Source: a virus | Lineage: Duplodnaviria > Caudoviricetes | IMG/VR virus record: IMGVR_UViG_3300029822_001167 | Span: 1-30,110 of that record | Reading direction: 5' to 3' (one strand) | DNA: 30,110 nucleotides | Part shown: in pieces, positions 15,497 to 25,188 of the stretch | Layout: every line of letters begins with the position of its first letter | Position numbering within the stretch: the stretch's first letter is position 1 | Position numbers and translations under genes: made by a program | The notes under the pieces: generated by a model | Databases searched by the model: none | What the model saw: the letters and a program-made list of their open reading frames with translations, nothing else | What the model was told of the DNA's origin: nothing

Positions 15497-17688
15497 GCGA
15501 TCACCACAATGTCGTATTTATCCCCGGATCCGGGGGCCTTGAAAAAAGTTAACGTAACATCTGTCGACGTAACGTCCATAGTCGTCCCCATGGCATGGCC
15601 GTCCGGATCGTAGAGCTGGACGGCAGGGAGCTTTCCGAGATTATGGGCTACTACGAATGTTTTCTGCACGCCGTCTCCTACGATCGACCCCCGGAAGAAG
15701 CTTACCACATCTCCGGGGCGGTAGATCAGCACGCGCAGACTGCCTGTCGCCGGAGCCGATGAGAAGAACAACGTGACCTGGTTGACGTTAGGGCGCTCGA
15801 ACCTGGCGTCCATGCGGCCATGTCCGTTGACCAGGTCTACCAGCACTACAACCACGTCGTACGAGTTTAACGAATGCGTAACGGTTATCTGATCGGACGT
15901 TCCGTCGCCGATGTTGGCAACGTAGGTGTTTACGGGCGTCGCGATCTGCGACGGCTGTGCCGGCGTATACTCCGCCCAGAATGCCGGGCTCAGCGGCGGA
16001 TTGCGATCATAATTGTTGCTTACGAGCGATTTATACAGGACGCCGCCCACGTTGGTTATCGATCCGGAGTTGTACTTGAGATCGGGAGACCACGGTACGA
16101 TCCCGTCCTCTCTCGAGATAATGTACGGTTTGTTTTTGACAAATGCGTCCCCGCTCGTAGCGCTCCAATCGGACTGCACATTGCGCTGTGCAGAATAGTC
16201 GATGGATGCAAGCTTAGCGACATCGCCATCGGAGTAGCTGTTCTGTGAGAGTCCATGGCCGGGGACCTTGTCGACCTTGGTGTCCAAGGCCGCCTGTTGT
16301 GGACCGGACACCATCTTGGCAGAATCGGGAGTGTTGTCGACCATCCCGAGGCCGACGTCGCCCTTGTCGAGCATGATGTCTTCGGACATCTCGTGTCCGT
16401 TGATGGTCCGAGTTATTGGCACAGCGCCGACATCCCCGGGCCCTAGCACTACAACGCCGGTCTTGCCGTTGACCGACAGGACGCTGGTGCCCGGACGGAA
16501 GACCACGGCCTTGACGCTGTTGACCGCCACAGGGTCGGAGAAGAACAACGTGACCTGGTTGACGTTAGGGCGTGCGCATGTAACGAGCTGCGTCGCCCTC
16601 GATCCCGAATCGGGATAGAGGAAGGCGAAGACGTCGTACGAATTAAGCGAGTGGGTCAGGGTGTACTCTCTATCGACGCCGTTTCCCAGCGTGAATATCA
16701 TAACGTCAGAGGGTTGCGTCGACACTCCCCCTATGGGCGAGTACGCTCTCCAGAACACCGGATGCGCCTGGTCGTCGTTCTGCGGATCGTGATTGACGTT
16801 ACTCCCAATCAGCGATACATACAACGTGCCTCCGACTTTGGTCACGGCGCCGGACGGATATGTGAGTGAGCTCCTCCAGGGGTTGACGCCCTCGGCCACG
16901 TCGGCCTTGGTGTGCATCTGCCCCTGGAGGTCCTGCTGGTCCACTATGTCCCCGGAGACCGACCCCCACGGGACCATCGATCTGTAGACCATGTACCCTG
17001 CCTCGCTGTTGAGGTTCGTGTCGTCGACCACCATATACATGAGGTCGGTCGAGGATACCTTGACGGTATCCCCGTTCTGAACATCCGCTGATGTGAGCGC
17101 GAACCTAGCCTGGTCGTCGGGGACCACGGCGCAGCGCTCGAATGCCACCGGAGGAATATGGACAGGGTCGATCACTCCGACGAGGTTCCCGACTGGTAGA
17201 TCTTTCTGTGAAATGTCAATATCGATGGTTTTGATCGATCGTCCTATGCTTTCGAACGAGAGCTTGCCGGGCACGTCCTGCGTGACGTCCACTATGGCCT
17301 CGTCCCATATGGTACGATATGCACCGATGAACGCGCCCCACGAATCTATCGATGGGGCAACGTTGAATATAATGATATTCCTAGAGGCTATAACCTCGGT
17401 GCCACGTGTCAATACGAGCTGGGCCGGAAGCTTGTTGTCGCGCCTGCACGCATCTAGGATTACGTCCGTGAGCGTGCACCTCCCTCCCTCCAGGTCCAGG
17501 TACGGCCGGACATTGCGTCCGTTGACGTCTTTGACGGTAACCCTGAATTCGAGTCTCCCGGTGTACTCTTCCGGGATCCCCGTGACGACGATCTCGGTCG
17601 AAGCATTGTCGATGGTCGTTCCCGCATAGCCTCCCGTGGACGATATCTCCCTCTTGTCGGGGTCGTAGGATATGTTGATAGTATGCAT
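15493..17688 (-). CDS. Modular fibre/baseplate-attached protein (731 aa) with duplicated CBM-like and G.G......THSL/HNL domains
   Basis: Two copies of PW...L.Y.SG..T.VGG.LY.SL...N....P...P.FW (CBM5/12-like), three G(N/D)G....(T/A)H(S/N)L domains, and fibre motifs VLSVNGKTG.V.L, KGDVGLGMVDNT.D..K.VS, QSDW.....AFVKNKP. Confidence 0.8.
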   Translation of the reverse strand: MHTINISYDPDKREISSTGGYAGTTIDNASTEIVVTGIPEEYTGRLEFRVTVKDVNGRNVRPYLDLEGGRCTLTDVILDACRRDNKLPAQLVLTRGTEVIASRNIIIFNVAPSIDSWGAFIGAYRTIWDEAIVDVTQDVPGKLSFESIGRSIKTIDIDISQKDLPVGNLVGVIDPVHIPPVAFERCAVVPDDQARFALTSADVQNGDTVKVSSTDLMYMVVDDTNLNSEAGYMVYRSMVPWGSVSGDIVDQQDLQGQMHTKADVAEGVNPWRSSLTYPSGAVTKVGGTLYVSLIGSNVNHDPQNDDQAHPVFWRAYSPIGGVSTQPSDVMIFTLGNGVDREYTLTHSLNSYDVFAFLYPDSGSRATQLVTCARPNVNQVTLFFSDPVAVNSVKAVVFRPGTSVLSVNGKTGVVVLGPGDVGAVPITRTINGHEMSEDIMLDKGDVGLGMVDNTPDSAKMVSGPQQAALDTKVDKVPGHGLSQNSYSDGDVAKLASIDYSAQRNVQSDWSATSGDAFVKNKPYIISREDGIVPWSPDLKYNSGSITNVGGVLYKSLVSNNYDRNPPLSPAFWAEYTPAQPSQIATPVNTYVANIGDGTSDQITVTHSLNSYDVVVVLVDLVNGHGRMDARFERPNVNQVTLFFSSAPATGSLRVLIYRPGDVVSFFRGSIVGDGVQKTFVVAHNLGKLPAVQLYDPDGHAMGTTMDVTSTDVTLTFFKAPGSGDKYDIVVIA
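15761..16572. repeat. Perfect 35-bp direct repeat inside the fibre gene
   Basis: GAGAAGAACAACGTGACCTGGTTGACGTTAGGGCG at 15761-15795 and 16538-16572 (RPNVNQVTLFFS twice); flanking bases differ. Confidence 0.92.
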
Positions 17689-17712
17689 GGAACAACCTTA
17701 TCTGGTGGATTT

Positions 17713-17731
17713 GGCGGGAAGACCTCCCGCC
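17713..17731 (-). terminator. Stem-loop after the capsid block (terminator/attenuator or mRNA-stabilising hairpin)
   Basis: GGCGGGA-AGACC-TCCCGCC, 7-bp stem, in the gap between the post-capsid gene and the fibre gene; no long T tract. Confidence 0.5.
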
Positions 17732-17740
17732 GGGGTTCTC

Positions 17741-18052
17741 TCAGCTCGTCGGGCAGTACCTGCATCCGATCTTGACCACGGCCCCGCTTATAGTGGCGGC
17801 CGAGCCCTTGACCTTGATGTAGCGCTTGCTGCCGATGTATCCGATGGTCCCGTCGCCGCTGACCAGATCGGTCGTTGCTACAGCGGTGAATGTCCCATCG
17901 CTCGTGGCGCATTCTGTGACCCCCACGGTCCCGGTGCCCGTATGTGCGATCAGCACCGCGGTGCACCCGGATACATCGAGCGCAGATGTCTCTGTGGTCG
18001 ATGCGAATGCGGCAAGGGTCTCGGATTCTGTTGCTATCTCGTATGTTGTCAT
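17741..18052 (-). CDS. Putative capsid decoration/minor head protein (103 aa)
   Basis: Directly after the capsid gene; small, T/A/G-rich beta protein with E..T.DGTFT.V and GYIGSKRYIKV motifs seen in post-capsid proteins. Confidence 0.6.
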   Translation of the reverse strand: MTTYEIATESETLAAFASTTETSALDVSGCTAVLIAHTGTGTVGVTECATSDGTFTAVATTDLVSGDGTIGYIGSKRYIKVKGSAATISGAVVKIGCRYCPTS

Positions 18053-18061
18053 TTTATCACC

Positions 18062-19204
18062 TCACGATGCCGCGATCTTAAGCTTTGCAAAGCTGCCGGG
18101 CATGACCACGGCTCCGCCTATGCGCGTGTCAAACTCGAACTCCACCAGGTTCTTGGCACGGAGAGATTCGGATATCTCGTCCATGATCATCTCCACGCCC
18201 TTCCGATCGACTATAACATAGTCCTTAAGCGCACCGAACATGACCGGGAACGTGTTAGCCGCCACATCCGGAGCGGACGGCGCCTTGACCAGAGCATATC
18301 CGGCGAATGTAGGAGGCATGCCTGCTATAAGGCTCGGATTCCACAGCGGCTGTCCGGTAGTGTCCTTGAGCTTTCTGACCCCTACCTCGGTCTTTTTGTT
18401 CATGATGAACTTACACTCGGAGTCCATGGCCCAGGGGACCTCGGCCGTGAGATCGAGCAGACCGTCGATCGTGAGGGCCGCGGCTGCCCCGGACACTACT
18501 GTTTCGATATCGGAGTTGCTCCAGAGCCCATGGGGCTTGGAGAAACCGTCCCCATCGACGAAGGCCTTGGCCTCTCCGCGCATCAGCCTGCCGATCAGCT
18601 TGCTCGTAACATAGGTGTCGATGCTGAATGCTGTGTCCTGCCTCATGGTCCTCGTCACGCGGACCTTGGCCTGCGCCTCGTTGACCGGAATGATCACCTT
18701 GCCGAATGTGGGCGCGGCGGTCTCGGAACGGGATTCGGTCTCCTGGACCCAGGTCAGCCCGGCATCACCATCCTCGACGGGTATCTCGAGGGAGGAGGAG
18801 CTTGTACTCAGCACGGTCGCATTTGCTCGGATCTCATCTATGTCGCGGACCTTCTCCATCACATATGCGAGGTAGTCGGGATGGACGAGGTATCCGCCGG
18901 AGGGGCCGTTGTTGATCGACATCCCCTTGCGGACATAGTCGTCGAACATTTTCTTTACCTCCGGGATGGCGAATACCGCCTCCTTTGTCATGTTGGCCGA
19001 ATACTGGCCGTTCTTGGCCATCCTTATCTCCATATCGGAAAATGCCTTCTTGAGGGCGTCGATGTTGCTCGACTGGTCCTTCATCGCCGCCTGGGCCTCG
19101 CTGAACTTGATCCCAAATCCATGGAAGTCGGTGTTGATTCCCGATACCGTCTGATTGATGGACTTGAGCTCGGACTGCAGATCTTTAATATTTGTTTCTG
19201 TCAT
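18062..19204 (-). CDS. Major capsid protein, HK97 family
   Basis: N-terminal coiled-coil delta domain, GGYLVHPD, AGLTWVQE, E..AFVDGDG..KP.GL, LKDTTGQPLW, FG....Y.IVDR. Confidence 0.96.
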   Translation of the reverse strand: MTETNIKDLQSELKSINQTVSGINTDFHGFGIKFSEAQAAMKDQSSNIDALKKAFSDMEIRMAKNGQYSANMTKEAVFAIPEVKKMFDDYVRKGMSINNGPSGGYLVHPDYLAYVMEKVRDIDEIRANATVLSTSSSSLEIPVEDGDAGLTWVQETESRSETAAPTFGKVIIPVNEAQAKVRVTRTMRQDTAFSIDTYVTSKLIGRLMRGEAKAFVDGDGFSKPHGLWSNSDIETVVSGAAAALTIDGLLDLTAEVPWAMDSECKFIMNKKTEVGVRKLKDTTGQPLWNPSLIAGMPPTFAGYALVKAPSAPDVAANTFPVMFGALKDYVIVDRKGVEMIMDEISESLRAKNLVEFEFDTRIGGAVVMPGSFAKLKIAAS

Positions 19205-19956
19205 TATATTACCTCTTTGACGGATTTGGTCAACACGTCGACATTATCTTTCAGCTTATTTATGCTCAGAAATAACGTCTTCAGCTCTTCCTCTTCCTCT
19301 TCATCGATTTCCTTGTTTACCTCATCGCTTTCGGGATCATCCGTCTGGTCATCAGGATTTTCCTCTTCCTCTTTTTCCTCTTCCTCTTCCAGGACCTCAT
19401 CGACAGCCTTCATGAGCTTTTTCTGGACGGTCTTGTCGAGGAGCTTGAATCCGCCTACGGCGGAGATCTGCTTGCGCAGTGCTGCTTTGCTTGATTTCGA
19501 TATCATTTTTGCCTCCGCCATTGCCGCCGGGTTGGCGGGAAATGTTACGAACGAGCCCTCGATCAGGTCAATTTCTTTTAGATGCCTCACTCCATCGATA
19601 TAGTCCGCGTCTATAAGCTGGAAACCGATGGACAGCCCGTTGACGTCTCCGGCCTTGAGCAGAGAGAACGCCTCCCTGCCACGCTGGACGCCCATATTGA
19701 AGTGACCGTCCACGGCAAGGTTGTCCTTTGTATCGGTCACTATTAGAGACCCGATCGGCTCGATCGACAGATGCTGCCAGAGGAATGGATATTTGTTTCC
19801 ACGTGTCCTAATGGAACTGTCGAAGCACCCGGGATCGCATACATCGCCCACAAAGTCCTCATTACCATAGGTCGAGAGGACCCCCTGGAAATTCCCTTTC
19901 TCATCTGTGGCCTTGAACTCGGTGAAGTGAAAGGCCTTGTGCTCGATCATGTGCAT
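19204..19956 (-). CDS. Prohead protease, HK97 family, with acidic C-terminal extension
   Basis: F.G..STYGN.D..GD....GCF, FLWQH....PIG, GLSIGF, L.EGSFVTFPANP.A. Confidence 0.95.
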   Translation of the reverse strand: MHMIEHKAFHFTEFKATDEKGNFQGVLSTYGNEDFVGDVCDPGCFDSSIRTRGNKYPFLWQHLSIEPIGSLIVTDTKDNLAVDGHFNMGVQRGREAFSLLKAGDVNGLSIGFQLIDADYIDGVRHLKEIDLIEGSFVTFPANPAAMAEAKMISKSSKAALRKQISAVGGFKLLDKTVQKKLMKAVDEVLEEEEEKEEEENPDDQTDDPESDEVNKEIDEEEEEELKTLFLSINKLKDNVDVLTKSVKEVI

Positions 19957-19983
19957 TTAAACTACTATTCGAATAAAGTATAA

Positions 19984-20808
19984 TCACTTCTCAATGCGGT
20001 ATGTCAAAAAGCATCTGCAGTTGATAACCTCGCCTGCCGGAGCTCCGTAGCTCCCGTCCGCAGGGCAGTCCATCTTCGAGTATCCCGCCCTGCCGTACCA
20101 TGAGTACGCCTCGGAAACCTCCAATGTCCTACTCTCGAGATGCTGATGGGTATCTCTCACCTGCGCATCGAGGGCGGTGTTCCAGGTCTTCATCTGAGTC
20201 CGTGCGGAATCTAAGGCCTTTACCGTCTCTAGAGATGCGCGGTTGCTCGACGCCGCGGTCTCGGTCCTTGCTATGGTCGATGCACGCACTGGGACGAACT
20301 CTCGAGAGTATAGGTCGGTCAGTTGCTCGCGGAAGTCCACCACGGACTTGGAACCGTCGAGCAGATCGCGGATCTCCCTCATTGTAGTGTCGTCAATATC
20401 TTTGATCTTGGACGCGCTGTTGCTCCTGATCCATCTGCGGATAGCGATCGAATAGATATCGTCCTCGCTTAGCGGGTCGGTGGCCTTGCGCTCGATCCTT
20501 TCGTAAAATGATTTCGAGGTCATGTTGGCGTCCACCATCGGATAGATGTCCTCGGCCATCTGCGTGTATGTCCACTCCAGGACCTGGGATTTCTGTCGGT
20601 CGTAGGACTCGACCGCCGCATAGATCTCCCTCTCTGTCGGGTCGTCGATCTCGAGGATGGAGCTGCACTCATCCCTGAATATGTTGCGGAATTGGGCCCT
20701 TACCACGCGCTCGTAGCGTGTACGGATCCTCTCGATCTGCCTGTAGGCTTTGAGCTTCTGCGCCCTCGACAGATTCCCTATAGCTTTGACTTCGGGGTAG
20801 TCATGCAT
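19984..20808 (-). CDS. Head morphogenesis protein (Mu F / SPP1 gp7-like)
   Basis: RASTIARTETAAS.N, K.W....D..VR.TH, P.D....A.EVINCRC; start at 20808 overlaps the portal stop. Confidence 0.92.
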   Translation of the reverse strand: MHDYPEVKAIGNLSRAQKLKAYRQIERIRTRYERVVRAQFRNIFRDECSSILEIDDPTEREIYAAVESYDRQKSQVLEWTYTQMAEDIYPMVDANMTSKSFYERIERKATDPLSEDDIYSIAIRRWIRSNSASKIKDIDDTTMREIRDLLDGSKSVVDFREQLTDLYSREFVPVRASTIARTETAASSNRASLETVKALDSARTQMKTWNTALDAQVRDTHQHLESRTLEVSEAYSWYGRAGYSKMDCPADGSYGAPAGEVINCRCFLTYRIEK

Positions 20809-22036
20809 CGGGATTATCCTCTGTGTCCTGCATCGGAGGCACCACCATCTCGGTGACCGCCTCGGCCAGAGGTACGCGGGACATGCTCGTGAGGATGATG
20901 TCCCCATCGGACCCTACGTCGTCGTAGCCGAAGATCTCACGTTTCTCATTGACGGAGAGGAAGTCCGCTCCGGTGACCGCGGCGTACAGCGCGGTCTGAT
21001 CTCCGGCGAGGTCCTGGACGCTCGCTATGTCGTACGTAATTCGGCCAACATCGGAGTACTCCGGCGTGATAACCCTATCCATGGTCTCCCACAGCTGGTC
21101 CAAGAGGGGCTTGACACAGTTGACCGCGAACTGCCGCCCCGCCTCGGCCGCGTTAGCGTAGGTCTTGTTGGCCACGTCCCCGATTAGCTCGGACGGCGTA
21201 TCATAAGCAACGGCGATCTCGCGTGAGTTCATGACCATTCCGTTCGAGAAATCCATCTCCAAAGCGGTGAATCCCAATGGAGTGACGTCCATGTTATCCC
21301 CCGTGACCATAACGTTGGCGTTGTTGTCGACACCCTGATAACCGGCTCGCATGTCCTCGCGCAGGTCCCTCTTCTGCGATTTTGTAAGATGGTCGCGCAC
21401 CTTAAGGTGTAGGGACGGCCTTGCGCCGTTGGTCAGCGCGGAAGTGTTCCATCTGGTAGCCGCATTCTGCATATCGATGGCCCGTTTTGCCACAACCATG
21501 GGCGAAACTCCGAAAAAACTGTCGGAGCCGCTGTTGAGCTTGATGTGTATTATGTTTTCCGGCGGGACGCTTATGGTCCTGCTGCCCAGGTTGACCGTCC
21601 AGGACGTTACCGGATCGAATATATCGTAAGTTCTTATCGGCGTTATCTTATCGGGGCTTATCGACCACATCTCCCCGATCCCGGAGAAGGTGGTGCGGAT
21701 AAGAAAGATGTAGGCATTCCCGTTGATTCCGATGTTCTGCTCCAGATCCTTGATAAATTCGGACCCCGTCATGCAAGGGTTAGGCCTACGTAGGAGCTTG
21801 TACAGAGGGTGATCGATGTTGGTTATTTCGTTGCCATTTATGTCGAAAATCAGGAATTTGACGGAAGCGACAGCATTGGCGCGTATATTGACCGCCCGGA
21901 AGACAAATGGGTTGTTCTCGTAGCCAGCACGGTACTGCGAGTAGAGCTCCCTCCCCACGGCATCTATAGGTTGGGATGCAAAAGGAGGTATAGCTCCTGC
22001 AGATGCCGGCGCTTGCTTCTTTGAGAATATGCCCAT
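20801..22036 (-). CDS. Portal protein, HK97 family
   Basis: NP.VFRAV...A..VAS, HPL..LL..PNP, GNAY, IIHIK......GVSP, NGARPS, REIA.A...P..LIG......YAN. Confidence 0.96.
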   Translation of the reverse strand: MGIFSKKQAPASAGAIPPFASQPIDAVGRELYSQYRAGYENNPFVFRAVNIRANAVASVKFLIFDINGNEITNIDHPLYKLLRRPNPCMTGSEFIKDLEQNIGINGNAYIFLIRTTFSGIGEMWSISPDKITPIRTYDIFDPVTSWTVNLGSRTISVPPENIIHIKLNSGSDSFFGVSPMVVAKRAIDMQNAATRWNTSALTNGARPSLHLKVRDHLTKSQKRDLREDMRAGYQGVDNNANVMVTGDNMDVTPLGFTALEMDFSNGMVMNSREIAVAYDTPSELIGDVANKTYANAAEAGRQFAVNCVKPLLDQLWETMDRVITPEYSDVGRITYDIASVQDLAGDQTALYAAVTGADFLSVNEKREIFGYDDVGSDGDIILTSMSRVPLAEAVTEMVVPPMQDTEDNPDA

Positions 22037-22090
22037 TTTAATCGGATAAACAACGATTATTCCTATTATGTGTTATCACTTATAGAGAAC

Positions 22091-23407
22091 TCATAGAAAC
22101 TCGATGTAGACGGGGTCCATCTTGCCCCTGATGTACATCAGATACTGTGTGCAGGAGTCCACTATGTCGTCATGCTCCCCTGCCGGGAACCGCGCCATGT
22201 CGTCCATAACCTCCTGTGAGGACGAGGTCGGGATCAGGACCTCGTTATCTCCGTTCATTATAACGGATGCGGGAAGGTATACGTGACCGCCCTCTATCGC
22301 CGGAGTGGATACATCGAGCCGCTGACCCTTGTCCATGCTCCCGGGATCTATCGGCTTGATCGGCATGTTAGGGCGCTGCTCATGCAGCTGCTGGATCAGC
22401 GCTGTGCCGGAAGACTTGTCCTCGATCAGGTTGTAGGTCGGCCTGTATTTGTTGTTAAGGTCTATGGCCGCCTTGACCAGTTCCGGGAAAAGCATCTTGT
22501 CCTTGACCATCTCCAAGAGATAATGATCGTCGCGGATACGTAGCCAGACGGTTCCCACCGAGTAGTCGTTCAGCTCTTTGATCTTGCCCGCCGTATCCCA
22601 GGATATGTAGATATCGGACGATCTGGAGCGGAGCTTCTGCAGGCTATCGATATCGTAGAACCGCCACCACGATCTCTTGATGCGCCCGACGTCCATGTCG
22701 TCCAGAAACTCGCATTCGTACTCTTGAGAATATATCCTGGAACCTCTGTCCAAGAGCTCGGTGTTGAGGAAATCGACCTTGTCGGGCGCCTGCATGCGAG
22801 GATTGTCCGAGGCTCTGACCACGTACTTCCCCCATACATCGGACATATAGGCCCGGTAGAAGTCCCCGCTCTTGCTTTGAGGCGTCGAAACGATGACCAG
22901 CTGGCCGTTGGTGGTCAGCAACATCGGGGATACAGCGTCGAATACCGCGTCCGGCACGCCTGCCGCCTCGTCTATGATCACGAGGTCCGCCTTATATCCG
23001 CGCACATTCCAGCTTGTGCCGGGCAGGGATATGATCCTGGAGCCGTTACGGAGCTCCAAGGATGTGACATTGTCCACTGTAAGCTGCGACTCGTACTCCG
23101 GCACAGACTTCACCATTTTTCTGACGCGATAGAAGAGCTCCGAGGACTGCCGTTGCGTCGGCGAGAAAAGCAATATGGTTTGGTTGTCGCGGAATATCGC
23201 ACGATGAACCGCCTTGATGCTTACTACGGTGGACTTCCCTCCCTGACGGTGGATGAGGAGCAGCAACCGTCTGCGCTCGTCCTCCAGGAACCGCCTCTGC
23301 CACTCGTCGAGCACAAGGTCTTCTGTAGGCTCGATGTAGGCAGATGCCCACTCTATTGGGCGGTAGGTGTAGAAGAGGTTCTGCAGCTCTGCGTCGGTCA
23401 GGTCCAT
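22091..23407 (-). CDS. terL: Terminase large subunit
   Basis: Walker A HRQGGKS, Walker B VIIDEAA, STP coupling motif, QEYECEF; nuclease domain SWDTA, IEDKSSG, HDDIVDS. Confidence 0.96.
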   Translation of the reverse strand: MDLTDAELQNLFYTYRPIEWASAYIEPTEDLVLDEWQRRFLEDERRRLLLLIHRQGGKSTVVSIKAVHRAIFRDNQTILLFSPTQRQSSELFYRVRKMVKSVPEYESQLTVDNVTSLELRNGSRIISLPGTSWNVRGYKADLVIIDEAAGVPDAVFDAVSPMLLTTNGQLVIVSTPQSKSGDFYRAYMSDVWGKYVVRASDNPRMQAPDKVDFLNTELLDRGSRIYSQEYECEFLDDMDVGRIKRSWWRFYDIDSLQKLRSRSSDIYISWDTAGKIKELNDYSVGTVWLRIRDDHYLLEMVKDKMLFPELVKAAIDLNNKYRPTYNLIEDKSSGTALIQQLHEQRPNMPIKPIDPGSMDKGQRLDVSTPAIEGGHVYLPASVIMNGDNEVLIPTSSSQEVMDDMARFPAGEHDDIVDSCTQYLMYIRGKMDPVYIEFL

Positions 23408-23410
23408 GCG

Positions 23411-23947
23411 TCAATCAAGTCCGTTCTTTGCGATCTCCTCAAGGAGCTCCGGATGCTGGTCTATGAGCTTCTTCATCTTCGAAAGCTTGCTGTGATCAAT
23501 TAACGTTACCGTGGCCTCGATCCTGTCCGCAGGCCTCTGCCCGAGCTCCTCCCTGTAGAGCATGTAGATCTGCGGGTCCCCGTTGGCCGCCTTGCGTGCG
23601 ATCTGCATGATCATGCGGTCCTCGAGCGTCATGTTGGCATCCTTCGCATCCTCGAAGTTCTTCACGGCGTCGATAGATGTGACCCTCCCGCTCCGGAGGG
23701 GCATGCTCATGGCGACCTCTAGCTTCTCTCTGAGGGCCTTTTTCTCTTTGGCCTTCTTCGACGCCGCCTTACCCCCCATACTCTGGATTTCCCTTTGCGC
23801 ATCCTTTGAGCGCCTGTTCAGAGGAATGAGGTTTTCTTGCCCCTTGTGCGCATTTTTCGGTTTAGAGACTGTATCGGCCTTCTTCTCCTCGGCTTGTGTC
23901 ACAGACGGCTCGGCCTGTGCCGTATCGGCGACATTATCCTCTGTCAT
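23411..23947 (-). CDS. Putative terminase small subunit
   Basis: Directly upstream of terL; NLIP...RS.....EI..MGGKA motif and KA.NGD helix typical of proteins at this position. Confidence 0.7.
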   Translation of the reverse strand: MTEDNVADTAQAEPSVTQAEEKKADTVSKPKNAHKGQENLIPLNRRSKDAQREIQSMGGKAASKKAKEKKALREKLEVAMSMPLRSGRVTSIDAVKNFEDAKDANMTLEDRMIMQIARKAANGDPQIYMLYREELGQRPADRIEATVTLIDHSKLSKMKKLIDQHPELLEEIAKNGLD

Positions 23948-25106
23948 GCTCCCTTATCCTCCTTGCCTCATTCCCGGTGTACTCTTCCCATCTTTTGACG
24001 ATGACGTCGCAATATGCGGGGTCGAGCTCCATTGTCCTGTTTCTCCTTCCAAGCTGCTCGCATGCTATCATGGTGCTCCCTGAGCCTCCGAACAGGTCCA
24101 GGACCACATTCCCCTTCCTCGAAGAGTTCTGCAGTGCACGCGCCACAAGCTCTATGGGCTTCATGGTCGGGTGCTCCTCGCTCTTCTTGGGCCTGTCGAT
24201 ATCCCACACATCGCTCTGCTTCCTATCGGTGAGAGGACACACCCGGGGGCCGCTGCCTTCCCACCCGTACCATATAGGCTCGTACTTCGTGTGGTAGTCC
24301 TTACGGGACATCACATGAGAGTTTTTGTTCCATATTATGGTCGAAGACCAGTGGAACCCGCTGTCTTTCATGGCGAGCATCATATTGCCCCACTCCTGCG
24401 CGCTCATAACGACGTAGATCATGGCACCGTCTCTGGAGGCATCCTTCGCCCTCGCGAATGCAGAGCGCATGAACTCCTCGAAATCCTCTGTGCTCATATC
24501 GTCGTTAAGGATTGTGCGAGGCTTGTACCCCATGGGATTGTCGTCCCCTACATCTCCATAGTTGACATTCCACGGAGGGTCCATGAATATCATGTCGGCC
24601 TTCTCGTCTCCGATGAGCCTCAGGACATCTTCGCTTCTGGTCGAATCCCCGCACATCAGGATGTGGTCCCCTAGGACGTACATGTCCCCCAGCTCGGTCC
24701 GGGGCTCCTCGGGGATGACAACCTCGAACTCGTCCTCTTCGACCTCGTACGGAAGCTGATGCTCGTCGAATCCCAACATCGACATGTCGAGGGATTCTAT
24801 GCCGCTAAGCTCCTCAAGAAGGAGGCCATCGTCCCACTCGGACAGATCGTGGGTCCTATTATCCGCAAGACGGTAGGCCTTGGCCTGCTCATCTGTGAGA
24901 TCGGCCGCTACATTCACGGGCACCTCTCTGAGACCTAGGGCTTTGGCGGCCTTGTATCTGGTGTGGCCTACAATGATCACCCCTTTCGAGTCTACTACGA
25001 TAAGCTGCCTCCATCCGAATAGCCTTAATGAATTGGCCACAGCCTGCACTGCACCATCGTTCTTTCTCGGATTCTTGCCATAGGGCCGTATGTCCTCTAT
25101 GTTCAT
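23934..25106 (-). CDS. ParB/Srx-like domain fused to N4/N6 DNA methyltransferase (beta class)
   Basis: NPRKND...FGW...IVVD....I.GHTR..AA...ADNR, then CGDS, DPPW, HPTMKP..L and DLFGGSGST. Confidence 0.93.
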   Translation of the reverse strand: MNIEDIRPYGKNPRKNDGAVQAVANSLRLFGWRQLIVVDSKGVIIVGHTRYKAAKALGLREVPVNVAADLTDEQAKAYRLADNRTHDLSEWDDGLLLEELSGIESLDMSMLGFDEHQLPYEVEEDEFEVVIPEEPRTELGDMYVLGDHILMCGDSTRSEDVLRLIGDEKADMIFMDPPWNVNYGDVGDDNPMGYKPRTILNDDMSTEDFEEFMRSAFARAKDASRDGAMIYVVMSAQEWGNMMLAMKDSGFHWSSTIIWNKNSHVMSRKDYHTKYEPIWYGWEGSGPRVCPLTDRKQSDVWDIDRPKKSEEHPTMKPIELVARALQNSSRKGNVVLDLFGGSGSTMIACEQLGRRNRTMELDPAYCDVIVKRWEEYTGNEARRIREHDRG

Positions 25107-25138
25107 CCACTTGACGGACAGATTATCTTCGATCAGTT

Positions 25139-25148
25139 CCCCCCCCCC
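25139..25148 (-). repeat. G10 homopolymer upstream of the ParB-MTase start
   Basis: Plus-strand C10, 32 nt upstream of ATG 25106 and downstream of AT-rich AAAATAAAAG (25174-25165). Confidence 0.9.
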
Positions 25149-25188
25149 ACGATTGACTGGAGGTCTTTTATTTTAGTCGAGACGCCCT

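Noticed and set aside
17672-19603. 643-aa plus-strand ORF
   Set aside because: Antisense shadow of the capsid, decoration and protease genes caused by codon bias; no motifs or SD.
22724-23503. 259-aa plus-strand ORF
   Set aside because: Antisense to the terminase large subunit.
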